Shown: one piece after another, positions 14,701-25,949 of the stretch | Position numbering within the stretch: position 1 is the stretch's first letter | How the letters are laid out: each line of letters begins with the position of its first letter | The notes under the pieces: model-generated | Told to the model about the DNA's origin: nothing | Databases searched by the model: none | Seen by the model: the letters and a program-made list of their open reading frames with translations, nothing else | Made by a program: the position numbers and the translations under genes | DNA from: Octopus vulgaris | Taxonomy: Eukaryota | Direction of reading: 5' to 3' | Assembly: GCA_951406725.2 (NCBI GenBank) | Contig: OX597832.1 | Span: forward strand, 6,758,001-6,822,000 | DNA: 64,000 nucleotides

Positions 14701-17276
14701 TAAAAATACTCTGAAAAATTTACAGGAGCAGCTTTTGTAATGAAGGGAAAAACTACTTCGCTTGGCAACAAGTGGGGGTTGGCGTCAGGAAGGGCATCCG
14801 GCCATAGAAAACTTGCCACACGCATAGCGCTGCATATATGTGCATACATTTGTAGGCGCGGGCATGGCTGTGTGGTTAGGGAGCTTGCTTCCTTACATCT
14901 TTTTGGGGTCAATAAAATAAGTAGGCGTAGGAGTGGCTGTGTGGTAAGTAGCTTGCTTACGAACCACATGGTTTCGGGTTCAGTCCCACTGCGTGGCACT
15001 TTGGGTAGGTGTCTTCCACTATAGCACCGAGTCGACCGAAGCTTTGTGATTGAATTCGGTAGGCGGAAGTTACTGCCGTGTGTGTGTGTGCGCGTATAGC
15101 TGCTCAGTGCCTCTCCGAAAGAGAGAGAGGTGGTAATGGTTGACTGAATCAACCGTAGTAAAAAGTAAAGGTAAAGTTACCTTCTCAACTCATTCTGACT
15201 CACAAGGGCTGGTTTCCTGGTTTCCATGGTGTATAAATTCTCCACCTAGACAGGACGCCAGTCCATCACAGAGGTTACTCATTTTTGCCAGCTGAGTGGA
15301 CTGAAGCAACATGAAATGAAGTGCTTTGCTCAAGAACATAATGCGTCGCCTGGATCAGGAATCGAAACCACACTCTTACGATCATGAGTCCAACACCCTA
15401 ACCACTAAGCCACGTGCCTCCACAATCAACCCTAGTACATTATCGTTATATACTTTAGTTAGATAAAAAAAACAAAGTTGGTTTGTTAGTAGTATTTGAA
15501 TTCAGAATATGTAGGTTTGGGACTTTTGAAGTGATGCTATACTAAGTAACTCATTATTCTTTTAGTTTGATTAATCATAGAAAGATTCATGTTGAATCAC
15601 CAGAAACCAAGAGCAGAAAGAAATAGTTTTAAAAGATCACATGTCTGTCAAGCTCAACATTTTCATCAGTTTCAGCAAGAAGTAGATAAGGAACTAGGAA
15701 ACAGATGCTATATAGACTTATGTTGATTGATTTTTTTCTTCTTGTTAAACCTCTATATAAGTTTATAAAGAAGCACAGAGAATAATAAAATGCAGTGATA
15801 TAGTAAAATTATTCTAATGCCAAGTCGTTGTTGTTGTTTAGGCCCAAGTCTGTCTTGATCAAAAATGTTTCAAGCCACAACAGATGCTGCACCACCTTCA
15901 GCAACTGACACAATTTCTTTGGGCGCAGATCCATGGCCCCTTGAAACCAATGAATGCCTACTGTCTTTTAGTATTTTTTTACTTACCTCATTCAACATTT
16001 CCTTCCTTTTTTTAAAGATGGTTGGATGTAATCTGAAGGGAACAACAATACTATTCTAACAAGTTGAACAACTACATAAACACTCCCTTGTACTGAGCAG
16101 AGAGGTCAATATTCAAAGCATTTTAGAGGTTTTAAATTTTCCTTGAGGCACAGGTGTGACTGGGACATTGCTTCCCGCCCACATAGTTCTAGGTTCAGTC
16201 CAACTGCAAGGCTCTTTGGCAAGTGTTTTCTACTGTAGACCCTAGCTGACAAAAACTTAATGAGTGGATTTGGTTGATGGAAACTGAAAAAAGCCCATAT
16301 GTGTGTGTGTTTATGTCTCTTTGTCTTGACATTGCATGTAGTTGTAAATCATTGTCAGTGTCATACAAGCAGAGCCATTCATTTCCAATCATCATCATCA
16401 TCATCATCGTTTAATGTCCGTTTTCCATGCTAGCATGGGTTGGATGGTTCAACTGGGGTCTGGGAAGCCAGAAGGCTGCGCCAGGCCCAGTCTGATCTCG
16501 CAGTGTTTCTACAGCTGGATGCCCTTCCTAATGCCAACCTCTCTGTGAGTGTAGTGGGTGCTTTTTACGTGCCACCGGCACGGGGGCCAGACGAGGCTGG
16601 CAATGGCCACAATTGGATGGTGCTTTTTACGTGCCACCGGCACGGAGGCCAATCGGGGTGGTGCTGGCAACGGCCATGTTCGGATGGTTCTCTTACGTGC
16701 CACCAGCACTGGTATCATAGCTACAATTTCCATTGATGATCGATTTCAATTTTGATTCAAAAATATGGCTGGTCATGGGGAAATATTACTTTGCTTTGAA
16801 ACAGGTGCAGGTTGACAACAGTAAGAGCATCCAGCCATTAAAAGAATTTACCACAGTGAACTCCATCCAACCCATGCAAGTATGGAAAAGTGGACATTAA
16901 AAGCCTATATTTGAGCTTCCAGTGAAGCTATAAGGTGTTAATCAGGCACTCAGCTATGAGTCCACTGCATCTTATTGCAGAATTAGCTGTAAGCTAATGA
17001 GGTTCATAAGATAATAGTTTATTCCTTTGTCATCTCATTTTCTTAATTTGAATTGCTTCAAACTGTAAATACAATAAATAATCTAAATACAATAAATAAT
17101 CTAAACTTTTTTTATTTCCAGATGATGACTGCCCACAACGTTTTGATCACGGTTTTGACCCTTACAGAAAGCCAAATACCATCTATATTTTAAATAGAAG
17201 TGTTAAGAATAAAGCAACAATCTTAGCTATTATTTTGGTTTTTTGCAGCATCCTCACAAACTTTTCTATTTTCTGA
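1493..17276 (+). CDS. Gene 1 (5' end outside window): uncharacterised Cys-rich extracellular protein with hydrophobic C-terminus (possible GPI anchor); 8 coding exons, about 394 aa visible
   Basis: join(1493..1613,3190..3412,10139..10203,11358..11489,12886..13128,13492..13598,13981..14119,17122..17276): all introns GT-AG, phases match, no stop until TGA 17274-17276. Motifs [35 protein letters not shown] and [10 protein letters not shown] resemble, from memory, an invertebrate DUF7042-7045/PTHR22255-type family (needs a search). Confidence 0.88.
2095..2452 (-). mobile_element. Same SINE family
   Basis: Reverse complement of 22723-23112. Confidence 0.85.
2537..2596 (-). ncRNA. Hammerhead-like motif (variant or decayed)
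   Basis: Minus strand: agataa-CCGAAGA-gatgtc...ggcatc-t-GAAA-ctcagag-TT-ttatct; stem I perfect, U4C core change, one extra base before GAAA. Confidence 0.6.
3190..3412 (+). CDS. Gene 1 exon ([14 protein letters not shown]...IVVGK)
   Basis: ttttcag|TG...AAATG|gtgagt; matches ORF 3189..3416. Confidence 0.9.
4376..4590. mobile_element. piggyBac-type MITE
   Basis: TTAA|CCCTTTCATTAC...GTAACAAAAGGG|TTAA. Confidence 0.85.
5299..6278 (-). mobile_element. Solo LTR (980 bp) with 4-bp TSD
   Basis: CCAT|TGTCGGAAT...ATTGCTACA|CCAT; on the minus strand CCAAT-like boxes (~6115, ~6176), a TATA-like element (~6065) and AATAAA (~5488). Confidence 0.8.
6414..7465. mobile_element. Fold-back/MITE-like element with ~340-bp imperfect inverted arms
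   Basis: 6414-6752 is the reverse complement of 7111-7465 (e.g. ctctacaaatataccttggactatgtagattc / gaatctacatagtccaaggtatatttgtagag). Confidence 0.75.
10139..10203 (+). CDS. Gene 1 exon ([23 protein letters not shown])
   Basis: cttttag|T...GTTG|gtaagt; phase 2 to 1 fits both neighbours. Confidence 0.85.
11358..11489 (+). CDS. Gene 1 exon (KPNRLAP...WKYDYFI)
   Basis: ttgttag|GA...ATCT|gtaagt; within ORF 11222..11515. Confidence 0.87.
12886..13128 (+). CDS. Gene 1 exon ([14 protein letters not shown]...GRPIGEY)
   Basis: ttccag|TT...TATG|gtgaga; ORF 12864..13151. Confidence 0.92.
13492..13598 (+). CDS. Gene 1 exon ([12 protein letters not shown]...NFRCW)
   Basis: tgcag|AT...TGG|gtttgt; phase 1 to 0. 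Confidence 0.9.
13981..14119 (+). CDS. Gene 1 exon (VYERLSW...ESERL)
   Basis: ctttag|GTT...CTTT|gtaagt; phase 0 to 1. Confidence 0.9.
14473..14667. mobile_element. piggyBac-type MITE (second family; fragment also at ~55010-55065)
   Basis: TTAA|CATCTTTAGCATT...AATGCTAAAGGG|TTAA. Confidence 0.72.
15165..15424 (-). mobile_element. Third tRNA-derived SINE family (also ~12240-12470 + and ~50230-50590 -)
   Basis: gtggcttagtggttag A box, ggtttcgattcc B box, ttcttgagcaaagcactt block. Confidence 0.72.
16388..16730 (-). repeat. RTE 3'-UTR-derived repeat (also ~3510-3690, 12548-12755, 49200-49545, 61855-62060)
   Basis: ggttggcgttaggaagggcatccagctgtagaaac block, ~50-bp tandem units, (GAT)n tail. Confidence 0.75.
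17122..17276 (+). CDS. Gene 1 terminal coding exon ([11 protein letters not shown]...[18 protein letters not shown])
   Basis: tttccag|AT GAT GAC TGC...TTC TGA; hydrophobic C-terminal stretch. Confidence 0.88.
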
Positions 17277-17677
17277 AATAGTTTTTAGCTTCTTTTTTTT
17301 ATTGTAAAATAGATTCAAAAACATTTCTCTGACAAAAATCTCAAAACAGTACAACTTTACTTTCTACTCTAGAAGTCTACCATTTTAGTATCATCTGTAA
17401 ATTATATCAATAGAAGTTAAACAGATTTTGTTATTTTTATAGAAACAAAACACACTTATGAGATAATGTTATTCATTCTCTTTTATATACAGAGTTTTAA
17501 TATTTTATTGTTTTACTTTCATTTGCTTTAAGCCAGAGACTCTGGACATGCTAGGATGCTATTATTGGTGTGATTATATTGACATTATAATATCTAAGCA
17601 TTTTTTATCTGCCCAAATAGTCTGAAAAACATGATATTTTGTATCGTGTTTTATAATAAGACCAATTTTTTTTTATA

Positions 17678-17719
<42 letters not shown>

Positions 17720-18252
17720 GTGTGTGTACATATATAAACAAGTATGTATAATAATGTGTATATGTATGTATATATATATGTGTTTGTGTACATATATATA
17801 TATATAAGGTGAGTAAATAAGGATAAATTATCCTAATGGGTACCATAGTAGCTCTCAGGTATGTTCCAGGTTACAGCTAACTGCATCAAGTGGTAATGAA
17901 CATCAGTGATTGCTTAGTATGAGCAATCCCACTGTAACTCTTCTGAAGGGTAACTCCAGGTTTGCTTCACTGGATTATGAATATTATCAGGAGTGTAAAT
18001 TTCAAACAATTACAAAGAATACAGAGATTGGTACATCGTCCAATTTTTCTTTTAATTTTATAGTTGGTCATACAGCATATTTAGTTGGTTAAATTGACCA
18101 ATGTGTTTCTGCTGCACAGGGTATGTGCAGATATGTATGCAACCCAGCTTAATCTGTTGTGCACCTTCATTCAATTAAAAGAAAAATTTGAAGATGTACC
18201 GATCTCTCTGTTCTTTGTAATTTGATATATATGATTAAGAAGTGTTTTATAA

Positions 18253-18543
18253 GAGTTATTCTCAATCTTTTTGACTTGAGGCACAATGGAGATCAAATAA
18301 AAAAAAACATTACAAATATATTCTGCATGAAAATTGAAAACAGATCTGTTCTAATGTAAAAATTCAGAAAAAAATTAGAAAGCTGTTGGATGCCTTGTTT
18401 TATTAATGATACTTGTATACAAAATAACATGTTTTTTAAGACGGTCATAATTTACTACGGGTTTTCTAAAGCCTTAAATTATATTTTTAGATATTTATGG
18501 TGCACCTAGATACCCTAAGCATTGCACTGTTTGAGAAACACTG
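18253..18543. mobile_element. hAT-type MITE remnant
   Basis: Right end TTGAGAAACACTG, degenerate left end gagttattctcaa; TSD not clear. Confidence 0.5.
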
Positions 18544-18965
18544 GCTTATACATTCTTTCATTTAAAAACAAAAAACAAAAAAAAAATTGTAAATGTTATT
18601 TTTATATTCCATGTAATCTAAGATTGTAATTTTTTAAAATAAAATTTCTACAATTATTTCTATAATGACTTCTTGTGACATATTTGATTTATTTACTCAC
18701 ATACATATACACATGCTTCTACATACATGCATATAATTAATTCCTTAAATTTCAATTCTCAGAAACATTCACTTTAAAAACAGTTGTCAGACCAGATATT
18801 TTATTCATCATTTATCAAAATTTAATTAACAATGTGTATATAGTAATAATTAATTAGGTTTATAAAAAACTTTGTCCAAAAATGCTTTAAAGAATACAAA
18901 AATAAGCTCAATTTAACTACTCTTTTATAGAGAAAAAGTTAAATAAATAAAAACAAAATATTTTA

Positions 18966-19082
<117 letters not shown>

Positions 19083-19097
19083 TCAGATTTAAATTTA

Positions 19098-19360
19098 TCT
19101 ACAATAATAAATGCAAAATTCTGTCTGTCTGTCCGTCCAGGACCCCTGTATCTCAGTCTACATTTGCTCTACATAAACATACTATACCTTTTTAGAATCA
19201 AGATGATCCTGGGATTGAAAATCTGCCCTTTATTTGGTTCTCTTGAACATCCAGAATTGGGATCAGGCCTGGATGAGGATTTGTTATATGCTAACAGTTG
19301 AAACTTTTAATTTTAGAAAAACTCCAAAAATTTGTGAACTTACAAGTTTTTCATTTAAAC
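19098..19360 (+). mobile_element. Possible Helitron-type 5' fragment
   Basis: A|TCTACAATAATAAATGC followed by (CTGT)n; 3' end not found. Confidence 0.4.
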
Positions 19361-20072
19361 AATATCTAATATGTCTTTTAAAAAGACTGTAAGGTGTGGT
19401 TTGAGGAAGATTTGGCTGCTATTTGTATGAGGTTAAATGACTACATAAAGGTTTTCTCATTTGTGTGTGGAGACCATAATATATGAGTTACCTCTCTTGT
19501 TTCAATATTTGTAAGCATCCTAGGTGGATGTCAGCTGTGGGCAGGCCTTTCACAGATCGGCTTGGTTTGAGTGCTTGCAGCAAACTCAGCTAAGGGCTAA
19601 TCAAGTGACATGTTGAATCTACCACAACTACTCTTGCCCAAAAGAAGGTGAAAGCATATTGTTTCATCATATTACCAGTAATAGAAAGCTAAAATATATT
19701 TTTAAATGGTTAGTAAAAAGTTAAATGACAAAGAATGTCATGATAGATTCAACATATGATCTGTCTACTGTAGAATAATGAGAAATTTAAAATTACCCAG
19801 AGCTTAAAACAGTATGTTAGAATGAAATGGACTGACAAAAGTTAATTGGTGTAGATAGGAATATATATTAATGGTAAATATGATTGGAATAAGATAATAG
19901 TAAATTTTCTTGAAGTACAGGTGTGGATGTGTAAGAAGTTTGGTTCCCAACAAGATTCTAGGTTCAGCTCCACTACATGGCACCTTGGGCAAGTGTCTTC
20001 TGCTATAGCCTCAGGCTGACTGAAGTCTTGTGAGTGGATTTGACAGACAGAAACTGAAAGAAGCCCACTGTA

Positions 20073-21345
20073 TCATCATCATCGTTTAATGTCCATTTTG
20101 CATGCTGGCATGGGTTGGACGGTTTGACTCAGGAATGGTGAGCTAGATGGCTGCACCAGGCTCCATTCTGATCTGGCAGTTTCTACAGCTGGATGCCCTT
20201 CCTAATGCCAACCACTCCGAGAGTATAGTGGGTGCTTTTACATGCCACCAGTATGAGGGCCAGTCAAGTGGTACTGGTAACGGCCATGCTCAAATGGTGT
20301 TTTTTACGTGTCACCTGCACAGGAGCCAGTCCAGCGGCACTAGCAACAACCTCGCTCGAATGTTGTTTTTCATGTGCCACCAGCATAAGTGCCAGTAATG
20401 CAATGCTGCTAACGATCACGCTCAAATGGTGCTTTTTATGTGCCACCAGCACGGGAGTCAGTCAGCGGCCCTGGCAACAATCACGCTCGGATGGTGCTCT
20501 TAGCGCTCCACTAGCATGGATGTTAGTCATGATGTGCTGTCATGTCACTTGCCTCAACAGGTCTTCACAAGCAGAGTTTAGTGTTCAATGAAGGAAAAGT
20601 ATGCATAAGTGGGCTGGTTACACCACTGACATAGGCCATGGGTTATGGTCTCACTTAGCTTGCCAGGTCTTCTCAAGCACAACATATTTCCAAAGACCTC
20701 AGTCACTAGCCATTGCTTTGGTGAGACCTAATGTTCGAAAGTCGTGCTTCACCACCACATCCCAGGTCTTTCTGGGTCTACCTCTTCCACAGGTTCCCTC
20801 AACCGCTAGGGTGTGACACTTTTTCACACAGCTGTCCTCATCCATTCTCACCAAATGACCATACCAGCGCAGTCATCTCTTGCACACCACATCTGATGCT
20901 TCTTAGGTCCAACTTTCTCTCAAGGCATTTACACTCTGTCAAGTATGCACACTGACATTACACATCCAGCGGAGCATACTGGCTTCATTCCTTACAAGCT
21001 TACGCATGTCCTCAGCAGTTACAGGCCATGTTTCACTGCCATGTAGCATGGCTGTTCGTACACATTTGTCATACAGTCTACCTTTTACTCTGAGCAAGAG
21101 GCCCTTTGTCACTAGCAGAAGTAGGAGCTCTCTGAACTTTGCCCAGGCTGTTCTTATTCTAGCCGCTACACTTTCAGCACACCCACCCCCGCTACTGACT
21201 TGGTCACCTAGGTAACAGAAGCTATCAACTATTTCTAGTTTTTCTCCCTGGAATGTGGCGGAAGTTGTTCTCTGCACATTTTCAGTGTTTATTGCGCCTG
21301 AGCATCTGCCACATACACAAAAACTATCTTCCCAGTTAGCCTTCC
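20073..21345 (-). mobile_element. 5'-truncated RTE-type LINE with 3' UTR minisatellite and (GAT)n tail
   Basis: FCYLGDQVSSGGG, ARIRTAWAKFREL, MLHGSETW; ~50-bp tandem units ggtgctttttacgtgccacc. Confidence 0.87.
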
Positions 21346-21435
21346 TTATATACATATATGTGTGTGTGTGTGTGTGCATACATCTGAAGCGCAGTTTAAA
21401 TAATTTGAATTGCTTCATACTGTAAATACAACAAA

Positions 21436-21742
21436 CTAGCAGTATCGCCCGGCGTTGCTCGGGTTTATAAGGGAAATAACTATATAATCATTTTTAGAGA
21501 GTTACTTCCCTTATATAACCCGAGCAAAAATCATTAAAAATGCGGAAAAATGATGGTAAATTTTTTTTTAAATCGTAGACTCATCGTAGATGTGCGCTAA
21601 TACTCAGAAGGGCTCGATATGAATGACGACTATAAGATACCCGCTTTTGGTTAAACTGCACAGCAAAATGTGGGAGTAGTTAGGAATCTAAATCGGAGGA
21701 GACAGAGTCTCACACACACAACTTCAATTTTATATATAAAGA
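21436..21742 (-). mobile_element. Non-autonomous Helitron
   Basis: Minus strand A|TCTTTATATATA...CCCGAGCAACGCCGGG hairpin...CTAG|T; no TSD. Confidence 0.88.
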
Positions 21743-22722
21743 TAAATCAAACACTTTTTTCAGATGGTGACTGCTCACATTTAGAATGTTGAAATAAAAA
21801 GGAAATTCTATACACCAAAGCTATTCCTTTGAACTTCAAATTAATGTATATTTTCAAGAGTACTACTGTATCTTAGAGAAAGTTACTAGCTGCTATAATT
21901 TTAACACCATTACCTATATAACTTATATAAATGGTTTCATTCTAACGGCTGCACTTTGTGAAAAGATGCTATGAATTGATGATCGAATGTGCGCCAAATC
22001 TGTCAAAAGTAAAAACAGTAGTTGAGTAGACTATAATATGCCAATGTGGTTTAATAGACTGAATCACGTCCATAGTTATTCTTTGTCTAATAACAAAGAT
22101 CAGATTTCCTGCTAAGCATGTTGATTAACTTCGAAAATTAATTTCTTAAAATTACCTCCCTTCTTTCTAAGTTTCACTAATAACTGCTACAAGGTTTTTG
22201 TCTCTTTCTTCCAAATAAGCGAAGAAATTCAGATTTCGTTTTCTTTTTTTACAAGCACTCAGCCAATACTCTTTAACTTATTTATAGTAATATGGCCATA
22301 GCTGGGATACTGGGATTTATCTATTTATCTAAGAGATGAATAAAGACCTACTTATATTGCAAACACATTTAACCTCATCGGTCACAACTCAACTGAAACT
22401 ACTTCTTGTTCGATGATTAAGAATAAATCAGTGTAAATCATTCACATTGAAACTTTCCATCATAATCTCACATGTATGTGCAGGCATAGTCATGTGATTA
22501 AGAAATTTGCTTCACTATTGTATAATTCAAAGTTTGATCCCATTGTAGAGTAGTTTTGGGCAAGTGTACATTCTACTATATTGCCCAATATTATCAGTGA
22601 AATTAAGGTGGTGAGCTGGAAGGGTCGTTTGCACATCAGGCAAAACGCTTAGTGGTGGTTTGTTTGTTTTTACATTCTGAGGTCAACTGCCTTACATCTT
22701 TTTGGGGTCAATAAAATAAGTA

Positions 22723-23112
22723 GGCGTAAGTGTGGCTGTGTGGTAAGTAGCTTGCTTACGAACCACATAGTTCCGGGTTCAGTCCCACTGCGTGGCACCT
22801 TGGGTAAGTATCTTCTACTATAGCCTCGGGCCGACCAAAGCCTTGTGAGTGGATTTGGTAGACGGAAACTGAAAGAAGCCTGTTGTATATATATGTATAT
22901 ATATGTGTGTGTGTGTTTGTGTTTGTCCCCCCAACATCGCTTGACAACCGATGGTGGTGTGTTTACGTCCCCGTAACTTAGCGGTTCAGCAAAAAAGACA
23001 CCGATAAAATAAGTACTAGGCTTACAAAGAATAAGTCGATTTGATCGACTAAAGGCGGTGCTCCAGCATGGCCACAGTCACATGACTGAAACAAGTAAAA
23101 GAGTAAAGAGTA
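22723..23112 (+). mobile_element. Dominant tRNA-derived octopus-type SINE (full-length copy)
   Basis: A/B-box head (gtggtaag...ggttcagtccc), CORE-like ccttgggtaagt, internal (AT)/(GT)n, (AAAGAGT)n tail. Confidence 0.85.
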
Positions 23113-23396
23113 AGTACCAGTTGAGTACTAGGGTCAATCTAATTGACTTATCCCTCCTAACTAAATTTGTTGGCCTTCTGCTAAAACTTGAATGCAATAT
23201 TATGAGTGGAATTTGGTTAATGAAAACTGTAAAAGCATGTCACACACACATCTATGTTTACTCCAATTAAAACCTCTCTTATGTATCTATATAATTTATG
23301 CCTAGTGACTTAGATATTCCACAAATAGACAACATTAAAATAAAGTGCTATACTGAAATAAGCTTTGGAGCTAGTATAATAATATAATTAATTTAA

Positions 23397-23576
23397 CCCT
23401 TGGAAATGATGCTCCAGTAACACCACAGAAAAAAAAAACCTCTGTTATGTTTCAAACATCATCTGAATAAAAAAGTTAGGTATCCCTCCAAGTTGTTTAT
23501 TATTTTCAAAATTAACTGAAACACACGAGTGGTTTATTTGATGACAAACCATTATTATCTCTTTGTAACAAAAAGG
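23397..23576. mobile_element. Degenerate piggyBac-type MITE related to 4376-4590
   Basis: ttaaCCCTT...gtaacaaaaagg; shared internal aaaattaa(c/t)tgaa segment. Confidence 0.5.
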
Positions 23577-23719
23577 CTAATCTACACCAGAAAGGAAATA
23601 TGGATGTTAAATACTATGATTATGGATTTGAATCTTTACTAAAAATTTAATTAAGAAAATATAAAATTCAAATGTCTATTTATAATATTTAAATTCAAAG
23701 AAACAGGGAAAAAACCTGG

Positions 23720-23990
23720 GTGTCGCTGCTTGTAACACTGTGGTGAGAAAAATCGGTAAATACAGGGGCCTGACTGGCCCTTATCAGTTTGTGCTGGCCA
23801 CTATTAAGATGTTTGGTGTTTTAGGACCCTGTACTATAGATTTCCTCAGTAAAATAGGGATAATGATGGCCTGTCAGAGAAATGAGCCCTGTGAGATGAA
23901 GTTTCTACTGCAGTGTCTCTAGCCATTCTCTACAGCAACACTATCACAGTCATTACTTCAGAGCACAGCTGAGCGCACCATTTGTTCTGG
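23720..23990 (+). mobile_element. CRE-like non-LTR element 3' (RLE) fragment
   Basis: KIGKYRGL...FVLATIKMFGVLGPCTIDFLSKIG...EPCEMKFLLQ resembles the C-terminus of CRE-clade ORFs. Confidence 0.55.
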
Positions 23991-24118
23991 GGTATATGAC
24001 CCATTACCTCCTTTCTATCCCTCTTTTCCTGCTCCCCACCCTTGTTTTCTTTTCCTTTGCTATCCCTCGTTTTTTCCTGTTTCTTTGTATTTCAATGTTA
24101 TAAATATAAAATTATCAG

Positions 24119-24515
24119 TGCCACAGGAGTGGTTGTGTGGTAAGTAGCTTGCTTACCAACCACATGGTTCCAGGTTCAGTCCCACTGCATGGCACCTTGG
24201 GCAAGTGTCTTCTACTATAGCCTCGGGCCGACCAAAGCCTTGTGAGTGGATTTGGTAGATGGAAACTGAAAGAAGCCCATCGTATATATGTATATATATA
24301 TATATATATATGTGTGTATATGTTTGTGTGTCTGTGTTTGTTCCCCTTCAACATCACTTGACAACTGATGCCGGTGTATTTACGTCCCCATTACTTAGCG
24401 GTTCGGCAAGAGAGACTGATAGAATGAGTACTAGGTTTACAAAGAATAAGTCCTGGGGTCAGTTTGCTCCACTAAAGGTGGTGCTCCAGCATGGCTGCAG
24501 TCAAATGACTGAAAA
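24119..24515 (+). mobile_element. Same SINE family
   Basis: Near full-length match to 22723-23112. Confidence 0.85.
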
Positions 24516-25123
24516 AGTGGAATTAAGGTGGTGAGCTAGCAGGGTCGTTAGCACATCAGGCAAAACACTTAGTAGTGTTTTGTTAGCCTTTACATTCTGA
24601 GACCCATAACTTTGCTTTGTCTTCTATATTTTCTAAAATTATAGAAGTTTGATATAATAGCTGTGAATTCAGTGGTCAATATATAGTATAGTTAAAGCAG
24701 CAAGCTGGTAGAATCATTAGCACACCAGGCAAAATTCTTAGTGGCATTTCATTTGTCTGTATGTTCTGAGTTAAAATTCCACCAAGGTCAACTTTGCCTT
24801 TCATCCTTTCGAGGTGGATAAAATAAGTACCAGGGGTTGGCTACATTGACTTACTTCCTCTCTCAAAATTGTTGGCCTTGTGCCAAAATCTGAAACCAAT
24901 ATATTGTATAGTTCAAGGTGACAGAACTGTTAGCATGCAGTACTAAATGCTTAGCAGCATTTCCTCTGTCTTTAAATTCTGAGTTCAAATCCTTCCAAGG
25001 TTGACTTTACTTTTCAATCCTTTTGGAGTTGATAAAATAAGCACCAGTTGAACACTGGGGTCAATGTAATCAACTTACCTGAAAGTACTGACCATGTGCC
25101 AAAATTTAAAATCAATATCTAGT

Positions 25124-25523
25124 ATACTCTTTTACTCTTTTACTTGTTTCAGTCATTTGACTGCGGCCATGCTGGAGCACTGCCTTTAGTCGAGCAAATT
25201 GACCCCGGGACTTATTCTTTGTAAGCGCAGTACTTATTTTATCGGTCTCTTTTGCCAAACTGCTAAGTGACGGGGACGTAAACACACCAGCATCAGTTGT
25301 CAAGCAATGCTAGGGGGACAAACACAGACACACAAACACATACACAAACACATATATACGACAGTCTTCTTTCAGTTTCCGTCTACCAAATCCACTCACA
25401 AGGCATTGGTCAGCCCGGGGCTATAGCAGAAGACACTTGCCCAAGATGCCACGCAGTGGGACTGAACCCGGAACCATGTGGTTGGTTAGTAAGCTACTTA
25501 CCACGCAGCCACTCCTGTGCCTA
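25124..25523 (-). mobile_element. Same SINE family
   Basis: Full-length reverse copy. Confidence 0.85.
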
Positions 25524-25578
25524 TAGTATAGCTTAAGAATCAGCAATAAAAATATCCAAAAAAAATGTTATTAAACTA

Positions 25579-25671
<93 letters not shown>

Positions 25672-25949
25672 TTAGAGGAGTGATTGGCAAAATCATGAAT
25701 TGTATTTAGTAATCTTTACATTTTTGAGTTCAAATCCCACCAATGCAACCCTGCTTTTTATATTTCCAATGTTGATAAAATATAATTTAGTTTACTGCAC
25801 TTCTCTTCCACAATGTATCTCCTGTGGCAAAATTGGAAATCATTGTCAATACTGTTCTTGGCTATATGTGTGTGTGTGTGTGTGTGCGTGCATGCGCATA
25901 TGTGTGTCCCAACCGCATCCCTATCCCCTCCTTTTCCACCCCTCTAACC

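Noticed and set aside
20225-20520. CRISPR-like spaced repeats
   Set aside because: Degenerate ~50-bp tandem units of an RTE 3' UTR in a eukaryote; spacers are related to each other and there are no cas genes.
23510-23581. Candidate terminal SHOC1 exon after a good minus-strand acceptor
   Set aside because: Overlaps a piggyBac-type MITE; no homology support and phase ambiguous.
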